Shown here: positions 1 through 14,416 of the stretch, piece by piece
Layout: each line of letters starts with the position of its first letter
How positions within the stretch are numbered: position 1 is the first letter of the stretch
Assembly (NCBI RefSeq): GCF_009914755.1
Contig: NC_060937.1
From: the human T2T-CHM13v2.0 reference genome, Homo sapiens
Strand: one strand, 5' to 3'
DNA: 64,000 nt
The notes under the pieces: model-generated
Told to the model about the DNA's origin: nothing
The model's input: only the letters and a program-made list of their open reading frames with translations
The model's database searches: none
Position numbers and translations under genes: made by a program

Positions 1-510
1 CCCCTGGATGGCTTGTTAAAACACAGATTGCTCGTCCTCGTTGTCAGGGTATCTGATCCAGGACCTTGGTGGTGGGGCCTAAGAGTGTGCTTTTCTTTTT
101 TCTTTCCTTCCTTCCTTCCTTCCTTCCTTCCTTCCTTTCTTTCTTTTGAGACAGCGTCGCTCTTGTCATCCAGGCTAGAGTGCAGTGGCACGATCTTGGC
201 TCACTGCAACCTCTGCCTCCTGGGTTCAAGTGATTCTCATGTCTCAGCCTCCTGAATAGCTGGGATTACAGGCGTGCGCCACCATGCACGCCCGGCTAAA
301 TTTTTTTCTATTTTTTGTAGACATGGGGTTTCACCATGCTTTCCAGGCTGGTCTGGAACTCCTGACTTCAAATGATCCATCTGCCTCGGCCTCCCAAACG
401 CTGGGATTACAGGTGTGAGCCACTGCGCCGGGCCGAGAGTGTGCATTCCTAACAAGATCCCAGCGGATGCTGCTGCTGCTGGCCCAGGCACAACACTTTA
501 AAAACCGCTG
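1..510. mobile_element. MER5A-like hAT-Charlie DNA transposon interrupted by an Alu
   Basis: GCTTGTTAAAACACAGATTGCT...GCATTCCTAACAAG..CCCAG..GATGCTGCTGCTGCTGG...CACTTT motifs typical of MER5A. Confidence 0.7.
91..434 (-). mobile_element. AluS with (TTCC)n-converted tail
   Basis: Reverse-strand Alu consensus; TSD-like AGAGTGTGC at 82-90 and 436-444. Confidence 0.93.
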
Positions 511-2219
511 GAGTAAAGATCTGGGCATTGAGGCTCACGGTGTGCATCCCTGGGGCAGCTCCCAGCCTCAACCTACCTGGCAGCCGCAGGGTAAGCCAGT
601 GGCATCTGCTGGAATTTTCCTACAGATAATACTGGAATTCCCCATTCAGAGCATTAGTCCTTTAGCTTAGACTTTGGTTCTTATTAAAATGCAAATATTC
701 CTTGGAGGAGGATCAGGAGCTCATTCAACAAACATTTGTCCAGTATATTCTGCATACCAGGCACTGAACTGAACTCTGGGGATTCAAAAATAATAGGCAA
801 AGTCTATCAGATACCTGAGGCAAACCCTGTAGGAGTTTACACTGTGGGGAGGCAGATGGAGAAATCAGTATTTACAGTTCTTGTGAATTAAGGAATAATG
901 ATACCTATTTAAAAATAATGACCAGGCAGTATTAAAGATGGGCTGTAGGAGAGGGTGTCAAAAGGGAAAGGACGAAGGAGGGGGCGCTGTTCCGGATGCA
1001 GGCCCGTGAGGAGGGCCTGCCGGAGGGTGGCTCAGCTGAACCTTCCTGGCAAGCTCATATCCTTTTCCAGGAGGTGGCTTAGAAAGGCAGGAAGTTTCTA
1101 AATGCCTGAGGAGAAAAAGGAGAGGGCCTGCCAGAGAAATAATCGGGGGCAACTACTCCCAAACATTGCCTAGGTTCTGCACTGGAAGGAGCTAATTAGG
1201 GTAGGATTGTTTGGGACATTGGAAATACAACCAAAAAAGTCAAAAGAAGTGAAAGAAATGGAAGCTAAAACACACCAGTGAGAGAGACTTACACAAAACT
1301 GGAAAATAATGTGGGCAGAGACCCTGTTCCCAGTGCAGCCTAGAAACTTCTGGGAAAGGCTAAGGGTGCCCTGCATATAATGGGGCAATGCCGTTATACA
1401 TGGAATCTTGATGGAAATTTTCCTAATTTCCAAAATTGTGGAACGTCTGGAGGTGCCCTCTCCAGACATTATTAACAGGGGCACCTCTGGGCAGATGAAC
1501 TTGAAATGCCACCCCTTCCTCCCTGCTCATCCAGGGCACTGTGAATGGAAAAGCAGCTGCATTTCCACCGTGCCCTCAGGGAAGCAGGCTCCCATTGGTG
1601 CTACCAGAGTATTCCAACCCTGCTTCCCACCCAGGGTGACTGTTGGCCCCAGAGGTGTTCCCTTCACTTTTGGGTGAACAGCAGCTGGAGGAAGAAAGCG
1701 GGCTTAAGGTTTTTGTAGTGACACTTGGAAAAACCTCTCTGAGGCTCCCTTTGGTTGCAAAATAAAGGCGGTGTGAGAAGTGAAGCCTTCTCCAGATAAG
1801 AGGTCCAGGTACTGCTATGCAGTCAGACCATTGATCTCTAGGCACCTCCCTGCTCTCAGACTCTGTGGCTGGAGCAGATCTACACCAGGTCTAATCCTGG
1901 TCATCATATGGAACTATCGTAGAGAGAGAGGAAGCCTGAAAGTAGATTTTGTTAATACAGATTGGTATAGTAACTTTTAAAAATCACAGAATACTTTTAT
2001 ATTTCCACTATAATCTGTCTTTCATGGCAGCAACCATGTACATACAGGCAGGAACTATTATCGACATTTAGATGAAGAAGGTGGGTCTCAAAGAAATTGA
2101 CTTGCCCAAGGTTATGTGACGAGATACCTTGGCAAAGTGAAGGCTGGAAGCTAGTTCTTAGGACTTTCTATCACCCTGGAAGTTCTGTTGACTAATAGAA
2201 GAAATGCAAAAGCCCTTGA

Positions 2220-2716
2220 GACAGCACCGTCAGTAGCAATAGAATGTGAGCTACTTAGACAATTATGAATTTTTGAGTGGGAAAAGGAAGCAGGTGAGAT
2301 CAATTTTAATATTTAACCCAATATATTAAAAATATTAATTCAGTATGTAATAACTATGAAACAATCTTAATAAGATATTTTCACATTCTTTTTTTTCTTA
2401 CAAGGCATGTATTTTTGAATTCAGTGTGTATTTTCTACTTGGAGCACATCTGAATTTGGATGCTAAATTTTCATTGGCAGTACTCCATCTGTATGTAGGT
2501 TTCATAAAATTTAAAATTAAAAAAGTAAATTTATATACTCAACTTGGTCTAATCACACTAAAAAGTTTTCCAATGACTGAATCAAGGGTGAGTTTTTAAA
2601 ATTTAAATTCATTAAGAATAAATAAAAATTTAAAATTTAGTTTATCAGTTTCACTAGCCACAATTCAGGTGCTTGATTGATATGTTGCTGGTGATTTCTG
2701 CCTTGAACAGCACAGT
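2220..2716. mobile_element. Charlie1/MER33-type hAT DNA transposon fragment
   Basis: TTTAACCCAATATAT..., GCACATCTGAATTTGGATGCTAAATTTTCA..., CACTAGCCACA..TCAGGTGCT..CAGCACAG motifs. Confidence 0.65.
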
Positions 2717-3139
2717 CTAACACATGCCCCTTCCTCTCAGCAACTGGCAGGCTAGTAAGTCCAATATTCTATTACATCTATATGTTGGCATATCTCTCAG
2801 TCCCGTCTCTTGATGGCCATGCTGAAATGTGGTCTAGCCCATCCTTACCCTCCATTGCTCTTATCTTTGGTAGAACCATCTAACCTAGCTCAAGTGGCTC
2901 TCTCCCTTTTCCCCACATCTGCCTGCCTGTACCCACTCCTTGGTACAGGTGCCTATGCTAACAGTAGCCGTATAGCTTTTTGGAAAGGAACAGAGAACAA
3001 GCTGGGAGAAAGAGTGGATTCATGAGAGGCTATGATAACAGTATGTTGTACCTGTGATATAATGCACACCTCTTTCCTTCTGAAACATCTTTGCTGTACA
3101 AGTGACTCTGGCCATCAGAAAGCTTGGGTACACCTGCTC

Positions 3140-3440
3140 TTTTTTGTTTTTTTTTTTTGTTTTTTTTTTTTGAGACAGAGGCTCTCTGTGTTGCCCAGGC
3201 TGGAGTGCAGTGGCGCGAGCTCACTGCAATCTCCACCTCCTAGGTTCAAGCAATTCTCATGCCTCAGCCTCCCAAGTAGCTGGGATTACAGGCGTGTGCC
3301 AGGCTAATTTTTGTATTTTTAGTAGAGACAGGGTTTCGCCATGTTGGCCAGGCTGGTATCAAACTCCTGGCCTCAAGTGATCTGCCCATCTTGGCCTCCC
3401 AAAGTGCTAGGATGACAGGCGTGAGCCACTGCACCCAGCC
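3140..3440 (-). mobile_element. Alu (S/J)
   Basis: Poly-T followed by the reverse Alu consensus to GTGAGCCACTGCACCCAGCC. Confidence 0.93.
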
Positions 3441-3456
3441 TACTCCACTTTTTAAG

Positions 3457-4880
<1,424 letters not shown>

Positions 4881-5736
4881 AATTTTAAGCAAGTGTATCT
4901 TGGTAGAGTCTGATCATCTGAATTCTGGTGGGATTTTCATAGTAAGTTGAAATGGAAATTCTCCCAGGGGGAAAAAATATATATTTCTTCCAGGGGGAAT
5001 GAAAAAGGCTTCTTACCTATAAGTATGAATAAAAATGTACAGCATTCACTGAACTGCATTGGAAGCATAGCTCCTGGAGAACTTTTAGGAACATCTGAGT
5101 AATTATTCTTGCCATCTATGCAACAGTACCTATGTTTACCTCTTTCTTTTCCTCCATGGGAGCCCTTGGGAGAGACTCTGCTGCCTTTGAGGTTGAGCAT
5201 CTACCTTGGGTCCTGGTACTGAGGACTTGGGGACTCTACGTAATATTTTTCAAACACTAAGTGTGTTCAGCCCATCATTTGAAATATCCTTGTCATTGGT
5301 GCCTCATCTCCCTTGATGCAGGCAGAAATATGTCCTTGTCCTTTGCTTTCCTCATCCTTTGTTCTCCATGGGAGCTAGAGGTGCAGGTTGAGGTAATAAA
5401 GATACAAGTCCAGGCTGGTCTATGAAACCCAACCCATATTAAATTTGGTTATTAAACTCATCTTCTTAAGCTCCCTAGCTTAGGCTAGCTGATATTAGCT
5501 TCTGTGAATGCAGCGTTGCCAAACAGACATGCAGGAGCCTGCCTGGACCCCTCAAATATTTTATAATTGAAGTTTGCTATGTGTCATAGCTTTCAAGATT
5601 GCCAACTTCCTTAAATGTGCATGCAATTATAACTCATGCAAACACTTTTATTAAAATGTAAAAGAATTATTGGGATGAAGTAGCAATTCCCACCAGTCCC
5701 AAGAGATGTCCTGCTTAAATAAATGTTCCATCATCA

Positions 5737-6127
<391 letters not shown>

Positions 6128-6233
6128 AAAAGCCCTAATGCAAGGAAGCTCGTCTGGCTTGATTTACCCAGAGTTAAATAAACTTAATTGATTTGGGGTC
6201 ATACTTTTTAAGGGAACACTTGTGAACCACTTA

Positions 6234-6565
<332 letters not shown>

Positions 6566-7668
6566 TTATTGCTCTCTGAACTTATTTGTTACCTGCCAAT
6601 TTAAAATAATCTACTTCCAGTCTTCATTAAGTTCTTCTTAGGTATAAATTTTTTAGAAAGACATCAAGGCTCAGCAGGTATGTAAGGTCATTTGTGGCAT
6701 ATCCTATTTATGAAAATAACCAACTTCTGGACTTTAGTCCTTTATTCATGCTTGTCCCAGTAACTGGAATTTAATGTTTAATGATTTCATAACCCTTGAA
6801 AAAGTTAAAAGAAACTGAAGGTGCTTATTTTAGACATCTGAACTTACTGACTATATTTTTGTTGTAGCCATGTGTTTTAACTCCAGCATTCCATACTACA
6901 GAGCGTTTTTAGATTATGACTCAGTTAAAAACTAAACTGAACTCAACTAAAACTAATTTACATTCCTGCACTTAGTCATCAGTTAAATTGGTCAATAAAT
7001 ATTTCTTGAGGGTCTAATATACGCCGTAGACTAAGGCACTGGGAATACAGAAATGAAAACTACAAAGAATAGTCTTTGCCCTGTGAATGTTGCAGTGTAA
7101 ATAGGAAGATAAACATTAGGTAAGTCATGGTGGAGAGGAAGTATTAAGATACCTGAGAAAAAATATCAAGAGGATCCTACCTACCCATCTCCAAGTCCAC
7201 ATCTCTGTAAACTAGGAAGAACATAAAGAAGAAAGAGCCCACACTTCATTCAAAATGACAATATCTTTATTACATAGGAGGGACACATCCCAAATAATTG
7301 TTTATAGCATTCCCAACAATAAAATCAATGGCCTAAATGTGAAATTAATTGGAAGCCACAGTCCTAATACACTGTTTTGGCGATTAAGCACATTAGATGG
7401 GATTGTTTCAGAAGGCCTAATTATTGTGTCTGCCACACTCATCTGTTTGAGTCATTCCTAACTTTTGGACTGCTGCCTAGACAATTCTGCAATACGGTTT
7501 CCGTTGCATATTCTTTTTTTTATTTAATGCATAACTTTTCTCACTATACTCAAAGCTCAAAGCTCTAAACTGTGCTTTTGCAAATTCTAGATAAGAGTTC
7601 AATAGTTCGTTGAAGTGGTGATTCCATTGAGTTTGTGTAAAGGTTAATATTTCATTTCTGTTTTGCAG

Positions 7669-8272
7669 GTTTATCATTTAAAAGTGCCTGTGTGAAGTCA
7701 CTTTTGCTGGAAAACTGCAGCTTGGGAGCTTTCTTTGTATTCACATCCCACTCTTCTGTCAAGTACACTTTACCCTGACCTTATGAGTGGATGAAGATAC
7801 CTCAGTTGTCTGACTTTGCCAATTGCTTAATTTCAGAATTTAAAAAGGGGAAAGAAAAACATCCTGCTAAAATATGAACATCTGAGTGTCTTATTTTCCA
7901 ACATCGTCAATAGCTGTGAGCGTCAGCATTAAATATTCTCCCAAGGAGTGCCATGATATTGAAGTCACTTTATTAATAACAGCTGTATCTGCAAAACAGT
8001 CAAGAGACTCGGACGTTGAAAGCCAGAGATGACACTGAGCATGCTTTTATTGCGGCCTACCATCTTTAAGTGGGACATATTGATTGATGAGTGATTGCCT
8101 GTCCATACACTCTCTCATCATCCTGTTCCTTGGATTGGACTTCACTAAGCAATTTATCACTCACCTTCAGACTTACATGTGGGAGTTTTCACAACAGTAG
8201 TTTTGGAATCATTAGAACTTGGATTGATTTCATCATTTAACAGAAACAAACAGCCCAAATTACTTTATCACC
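7669..8272 (+). other. MBNL2: 5'UTR portion (604 nt) of the 778-nt MBNL2 exon 7669-8446
   Basis: Acceptor TTTCATTTCTGTTTTGCAG|GT at 7668/7669 with a TTAAT branch-like motif at ~7644. The sequence is repeat-free up to the ATG. Confidence 0.85.
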
Positions 8273-8446
8273 ATGGCTTTGAACGTTGCCCCAGTCAGAG
8301 ATACAAAATGGCTGACATTAGAAGTCTGCAGACAGTTTCAAAGAGGAACATGCTCACGCTCTGATGAAGAATGCAAATTTGCTCATCCCCCCAAAAGTTG
8401 TCAGGTTGAAAATGGAAGAGTAATTGCCTGCTTTGATTCCCTAAAG
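8273..8446 (+). CDS. MBNL2: MBNL2 first coding exon segment (58 codons: [58 protein letters not shown]), CCCH zinc finger 1 and start of finger 2
   Basis: Translation matches the muscleblind N-terminus (WLTLEVCR box, CX7CX6CX3H). The MALNVAPVR start is MBNL2 rather than MBNL1 (MAVSVTPIR). Kozak context CACCATGG. Ends at a phase-0 donor AAG|GTAAGA at 8446/8447. Confidence 0.97.
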
Positions 8447-10010
8447 GTAAGAGAATGCGTTTTATGTGTCATTTCAATACCACATTGGAATTGCAAACAG
8501 AAGGCTTTTCATTGCATTTTTACAGAAGTTTAAAAATTGCTTTTAGATTCTATTTTCTTGTTTGTGGTGACTGTTGGGAGATTTTTCACTCAAATTTTTT
8601 CATATCAGGCATATATAAATTTTTTACATACCCATGTTTAAATTAAAAATACATGATGATGTATTTCTGGTCTGGCATGACATTCATGTACCCAAGAGTT
8701 TTAAATCAAAGTCTGGCTTGTGACAACTGAAGATAAATATTTTATCAACATTTGATCTTCTGGAGGTTATATAAAGGTGAAGAAATTGAATGTGTCACTT
8801 TTAAGTGCCAGTTATTCTGGCTTAGCTCTTGAAGAGTTTTCTATTCTTATGGCTTTTTTTTTTTTCCTTTGACCGAGTACTTCCTAAAACGCTTTTCTGA
8901 AAATGTGTCATGGCTAACAGAAATTATTAAGTACACGCTCAATACTCAATACTTGAGAATCTACTTCATGTGAGTTATATGACAAAAGAAACTAAAGTGA
9001 TTCAGATGGCACCTTTGATGAGCTTACTGTCTGGCAGGGACAATTCAGCATATCAGCAAGTATCTACAATGCAAGAAGGGGACACATGCCTTGTGGGAGG
9101 AACAGACAGCAAAAACATTTCTATGGAGTCCATAGAAGAAAGCTGGTTTCCAACAGACTGTTTCAAGAAATGTTTTTGGAGATTCAAGGCATCTGAGTCA
9201 TATACTGAGTTGGGTGGAGTTAGGAGGATGGAGAGAATTTAATGAAAGATCTAGAAGTGGCATGAGTTAACCGCTAATGCTGGGGGGTGTATTCAGCCCT
9301 AACATTATGAATCTGAGATTGTCTAGGGCGTTCCTACAGGCATAATAATATTGTTTTCAGGAGCAATAAGTAAGGCACATAGGTTAAAAGAGCTCAGTGT
9401 TTACATCTCTGCAAGACTTCAGCAAGGTTACCAAACAGTTAAGAAAATTGTTTATCAATGCTCTTGACATATGACTTGAGAAATTATAGAGCTGTTAGTT
9501 TACAAAATAGTGACCCTAGCCTATTCTTGGGTGTTAAAGAGACTGAGTTGTCCTTTGGGATAATTTTGTCTTAAGTAAAAAATTATGTCTCATAAGACAT
9601 AAGTCAAAATTTATAATTTTGTAAGACTTCAAACTTATATTTAAGTTTTAATATATCTTAAAGGGAAATTTTGTCAATACACTCAAAGCAGGAAAATGTA
9701 TTTCTGACCCAACAAAAGTCTTTTAAGGGTAAAATTTTGACAAATTAGATCTGTAATCTACATCAATACCTACTCCTATTTTATTCCTTTTTATCATAAA
9801 AGGTTTATTAGACTAGACTTTAAAATGATGAATTGTTTTGCCTAAAATGGAAATGAATAGATGGATAAATCACAATTCATATAAACTATAACAGTACAAG
9901 CATGGTTATATGTTAGTATTTATTTTGCCTTAGTCAAAAAAGTAAAACAAGTCTGTATTTGCCTCTACGATTATCAGCAATAGAAACATTCACTATGAAA
10001 AAGCAGTGTA

Positions 10011-10313
<303 letters not shown>

Positions 10314-10889
10314 GCAGTGTAGATTTAAAACTAGATCATAAAAGCTTCAAGATATGAAAACAGGTCAGTGATGATAAATTAATTTTTCAGGTCATCCCCA
10401 ATTTTTCCATCTTATTAATCCAAACCTTCTCCAATTGGGTATTTAATATTAAACATCACAATTTTTGCCAGATTTTTAAAAACCTTATATTCTTTAATGT
10501 AATTCGAGAAATATGGGGAAAATAATTCCTGACTTATTAAGGCCAAGTATTTTGTGACTATCAACTGGGCAACAACGCCTAGATCCTTGTTATTCATCAC
10601 ATCACTTTGGATTCAAGTAATCCAGCCCCCAGAATAAAGGGTCATGAATCATTTGTTCAGCATAAAAACATGAGCCAAGTTGTGAGAATGTTGAACAGCA
10701 TTCAAGTAAAAAAGGGCTTTAAAAATCATTTTCAGAAGTGCCTGCTGGAGCCTTTTTGAGGTGTTGAAGCATAGTTACATAGTGCCTCAAGTTATCAGTT
10801 CCCTTTCAGAATTGCAAAATTTCAGGTTATTTAATTTGAGTGCAACATTACACATTTTTAAAACTGTCCAACTGAAAAGAATGTGAAAA

Positions 10890-11480
10890 CGGCCCACAGG
10901 CACAGGAGTAAAATAGACCTGAGTCTAAATACCTGCTCAACCACTTCCCAGCCTTGGGTGTGTCATTTATGACTTCTTGACTTGGTTTCCTCATCAGTAA
11001 AAGGAGGATATTCAGCAGAGAAATTGGCTGAAGTAAGCACGGTCTGTAGCAACACGCTGGCATATTCACATTACGAGGTTCTTGTGAGGATTGCAAGCTG
11101 TTTCCACAGGACAGACCAAAAAATAGTAGCTAAAAAGAAAAATAATGACAATGATAATTATGAAGCTGTTTAACTTTATTTCATAATAGATTTTAAAAAG
11201 ACAATGTTGCTCAGTGTGCAACAGAGAGAACCAGTGTGCAATACAGAGAAGCAGCAAGGGCTTTGAAATCAGAAGGACCAGGGCTTGACTAAGCCTGGCT
11301 GGGACCTAGGCAAGCTTCATTACTTGGGACGAGTTATTTTACCTCATTGGCTTCAGTTTTCTCTTATATAAAATCGATATAATTCCTACTTCATAAGGTT
11401 ACTTCAAAGACTGCCTGACCTGTGGCATCCCACATAGTTAGTCCAGGACCGAACAAGTTAGGACCTGGCAATATTAGTTT
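10890..11480 (+). mobile_element. Two MIR fragments (~10890-11100 and ~11230-11480)
   Basis: MIR core-like motifs (TTGGTTTCCTCATCAGTAAAA; CTTCAGTTTTCTCTTATATAAAAT..ATAATTCCTACTTCATAAGGTT). Confidence 0.55.
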
Positions 11481-12569
11481 CTTTCCCTTCGTAATAAAGT
11501 ATCCCAGGATAGTCACTGATTTTGATGACCAACTTTAAAGGCAAGATCTTGTGCCCAATTCTTAACAAGTCCAAACTTTCAAGAATTAACTGTGTGAATG
11601 ATAGTACCTCAATTATACAAATTAGTCATGACAAGAAAAAAGATTTGGGGGACACAATATTTTTGTTATTTATTACAAGATATTTTGTGCAAACACTGTG
11701 GACAATTTATTTATAACTGCGAAAGGAATCTATGTTGGCCTATCAGTATGGGGACAAGTCAATCTGAGTCTTTTTTTATTGTTGTTATATGTTATTTACA
11801 AATATGAGTAAACTTTTCCGTAAGTATGTACTAAATTTGTTGGTGGAAAGTGATTTGCTGAGTTCTTTGGCATGAGAATTATACATATATAAATGCATTT
11901 GTAGAAGACATTTTGGAAAATATAGTACAGTTCTTACTGTGAAATTTGTGCATTATTCACATACCTCGTTGCATTTTATGTAAAACACTGAACATACAAG
12001 TGGCTGTGATTTTTTTGGAAGTTTCAGTATTATTATGAACAGTAGACATTGTTTAATGATTTTTCTGGAAGGCCAGGTCACATTCCAGAATGCTGTGTTC
12101 CACGAGTTAGGTTAACTTGACAAAATGCAAACTGTTTTATGAGCAATCATTTCCCTTGGAGCAGAGGCCTTGACCACATTAACCGTGTCTCTGATGCTTT
12201 TACGATCCATGAAACGCTTTCCCTCACAGCTAAAATGTTTGAGATTTTTGTTTCCAGATTCTTTTTCCTGTGATTGATAGGAATTAATCTGAACCATTTG
12301 GCAAATTGAACATCAAGAAGGGGGTGCATAAATTAACTTTAATGCTTATTAAGACTAAAAGTGTCAGTATTTACCACTTTCGGGAAGTATTTATTTGCTT
12401 AAACATTTGAATTCACACTCAGCTTTAAAAAGGGACACAATTTTAAAAATAGTATTGCTAATTTTGGTTGAAAACACTCAGAGTATGGGGGAAAATTGTT
12501 TAGACAATTTTTAGAAATTTAGACATAATCTTTTGTAATAAAAATTCATTTCAAGTACAGCGAGATCCT

Positions 12570-13182
12570 TTTTAACACCTGCATCAGATGATGTCACTGC
12601 TCTGTTCAGGATCTTCCAGTGGCTTCTCACCACACTCAGAGTAAAGAGCAACACTGCAAAGGCTGCCTAGGCCCTGTGAGATCTGCTTCCCCCTCCCGCC
12701 ACCTGACTTCATTTCTATCGCCACCACTCCCTCCAACCCACTCCAGCCACGCATCTTTGCTCTCCCCTGAATATGCCAAGCAGGCTTTGCCTTAGGGCAT
12801 CTGCACTTGCTCTTTCCTCTGTTTGGAATACTCTTGCCTCAGCCACACAAAGAGCATGTTTCCTGGTTTCCTTAAGGTTTCTGATTAAAAATGTCAGCTT
12901 GTGAATGAACCCTTTCTGCCAACTTATTTCAAATAGTAATGCTGCCATTGCTGGGATCCCATTTCCTTCTCACCTGGCTTTACTGCTCCCCCTAACACGA
13001 GCATTTGATATGAGAGATGCTTACTTGTTTATTGGTTGATTATCTGTCTCCCTCCTCCACTCTGCTAGAACATAAGCTCTATGTGGATAGGGACTATGTC
13101 TGTTGTGATCACTCTTGTATTCCTAGAACCTAGAACAGTGTCTCATACATAACAGATGCTCAATAAATATTTGTTGAATTGC
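12570..13182 (+). mobile_element. L2a 3' region
   Basis: CAGATGATGTCACT..., TAGAACATAAGCTCTATGTGG..AGGGACT..., ending GCTCAATAAATATTTGTTGAAT. Confidence 0.8.
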
Positions 13183-13224
13183 ATGTTCTCCATGTTCATC
13201 AGGAAAGTTTTCAAGCCTCTCAGA

Positions 13225-13355
13225 TAGGGCTGCTGGATTTGATTGTACAGGGGTGCACTGCACTCTAGGGGTGCCTTTCTCATCACAGTCCATGTGATTG
13301 ACACCCCCTGGAGTTGTGCAGTGGACAACCTGTACAGACATGTGCTATTGCCCTG
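13225..13355. mobile_element. MER91-like (hAT-Tip100) miniature element
   Basis: Imperfect palindrome AGGGC...TGTACAGGGGTGCACTGCAC...GTGCAGTGGACAACCTGTACA...GCCCTG. Confidence 0.55.
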
Positions 13356-13754
13356 GTGTCAGTATCTCAGTAGATTTCAAAATCAGGGAGTTCTGTGTAG
13401 GAATTTCAAGACTCTGGAAGTATAATACAACATTGACAAATTTTCAAGTAAATAATTTGATTTCCTCTTCAGGGTAATTCAAGCAGCATATGATGCAGAA
13501 ACTACTTTTTTTCTACCCTCCTTGTCTGTCTAAATTTCAAAGATGTCAAGTGTAAGTTGCTCATTTACCTATGGGATGCTGTCTGTAATGTAGCTGATGG
13601 CAGTATGTAATTTGCCAAGACCTTAAGTTCATGTTCTTAAATTGCTGCTGGGCTCCTTAATAGCAGTGAATTCTTTGCAGAAATTGTTTGAGTATTTTCT
13701 AAGTTATTAATTTTGGCCTGATTTGCAAATATAATCTCAGACAAATTGTTTATT

Positions 13755-13980
13755 ATCAATAGTAATCATTGTAGTAACATAGAGCCTACTATATGCCAGG
13801 TACTTTTCGTGCATTATCTATTCCAATAACTCTGTCAGGTAAACATGATTAAGTCACCCTTATAGATGTGGATACAGGTTCAAAAATTTAAGTAACTCAC
13901 TTGTGACTACCAAACTCATGAATGGTGGAGAAGGGGCCTCACTCCAGGTAAGTGTGGCTCCCAGCCAGCACTATCCATTC
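13755..13980 (-). mobile_element. MIR
   Basis: GAGCCTACTATATGCCAGGTACT...ATAGATGTGGATACAGGTTCAAAAATTTAAGTAACT pattern. Confidence 0.6.
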
Positions 13981-14106
13981 CCTTCTCGTAACTGCTCTTA
14001 CTGAATAAATCACTGATGTGGTTAATTTCAAAATTCTTAATAGCTTAATAATATTCATATGTAACAAGATTAGCATGTTGAGGTCCAAAAAAAAAAAAAC
14101 ATTCTA

Positions 14107-14416
14107 GGCCAAGTGCAGTGGCTCACACCTGTAGTCCCAGCACTTTGGGAGGCAAAGGCAAGAGGATTCCTCCAGCCTTGGGAGATCAAGACCAGCCTGG
14201 GCAACATAGTGAGACCCCATCTCTACAGATAAATTTTAAAAATTAGCCAGTTCTGGTGGCATGCACTTTTGATTCCAGCTACTTGGGAGGCTGAGGCAGG
14301 AGGATTGATTTGGCCCAGGAGGTTGAGGTTGTAGTGAGCCATGATTGCACCACTGTACTCCAGCCTGGGGGACACAGCAAGACTTCATCTCAAGAAAAAA
14401 ATAAATAAATAAAAAA
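14107..14416 (+). mobile_element. AluJ
   Basis: Diverged Alu with J features (GGAGGATTG, GCAACATAGTGAGACCCC). Confidence 0.9.

Noticed and set aside
467-482. Short CTG run as an MBNL-binding or DM1-like repeat
   Set aside because: Only about 4 units, derived from the GATGCTGATGCTGCTGG segment of MER5A.
599-612. CTCF-like motif (CCAGCAGATGCCAC on the minus strand)
   Set aside because: Mismatch in the core GGC; a single motif cannot be supported without ChIP data.
7111-7126. TAG|GTAAGT as a recursive splice site
   Set aside because: No polypyrimidine tract upstream (purine-rich, L2-like context); at most an orphan donor.
8179-8364. 61-aa overlapping ORF across the MBNL2 start
   Set aside because: It begins at a GTG, not an ATG, in an alternative frame; no support for translation.
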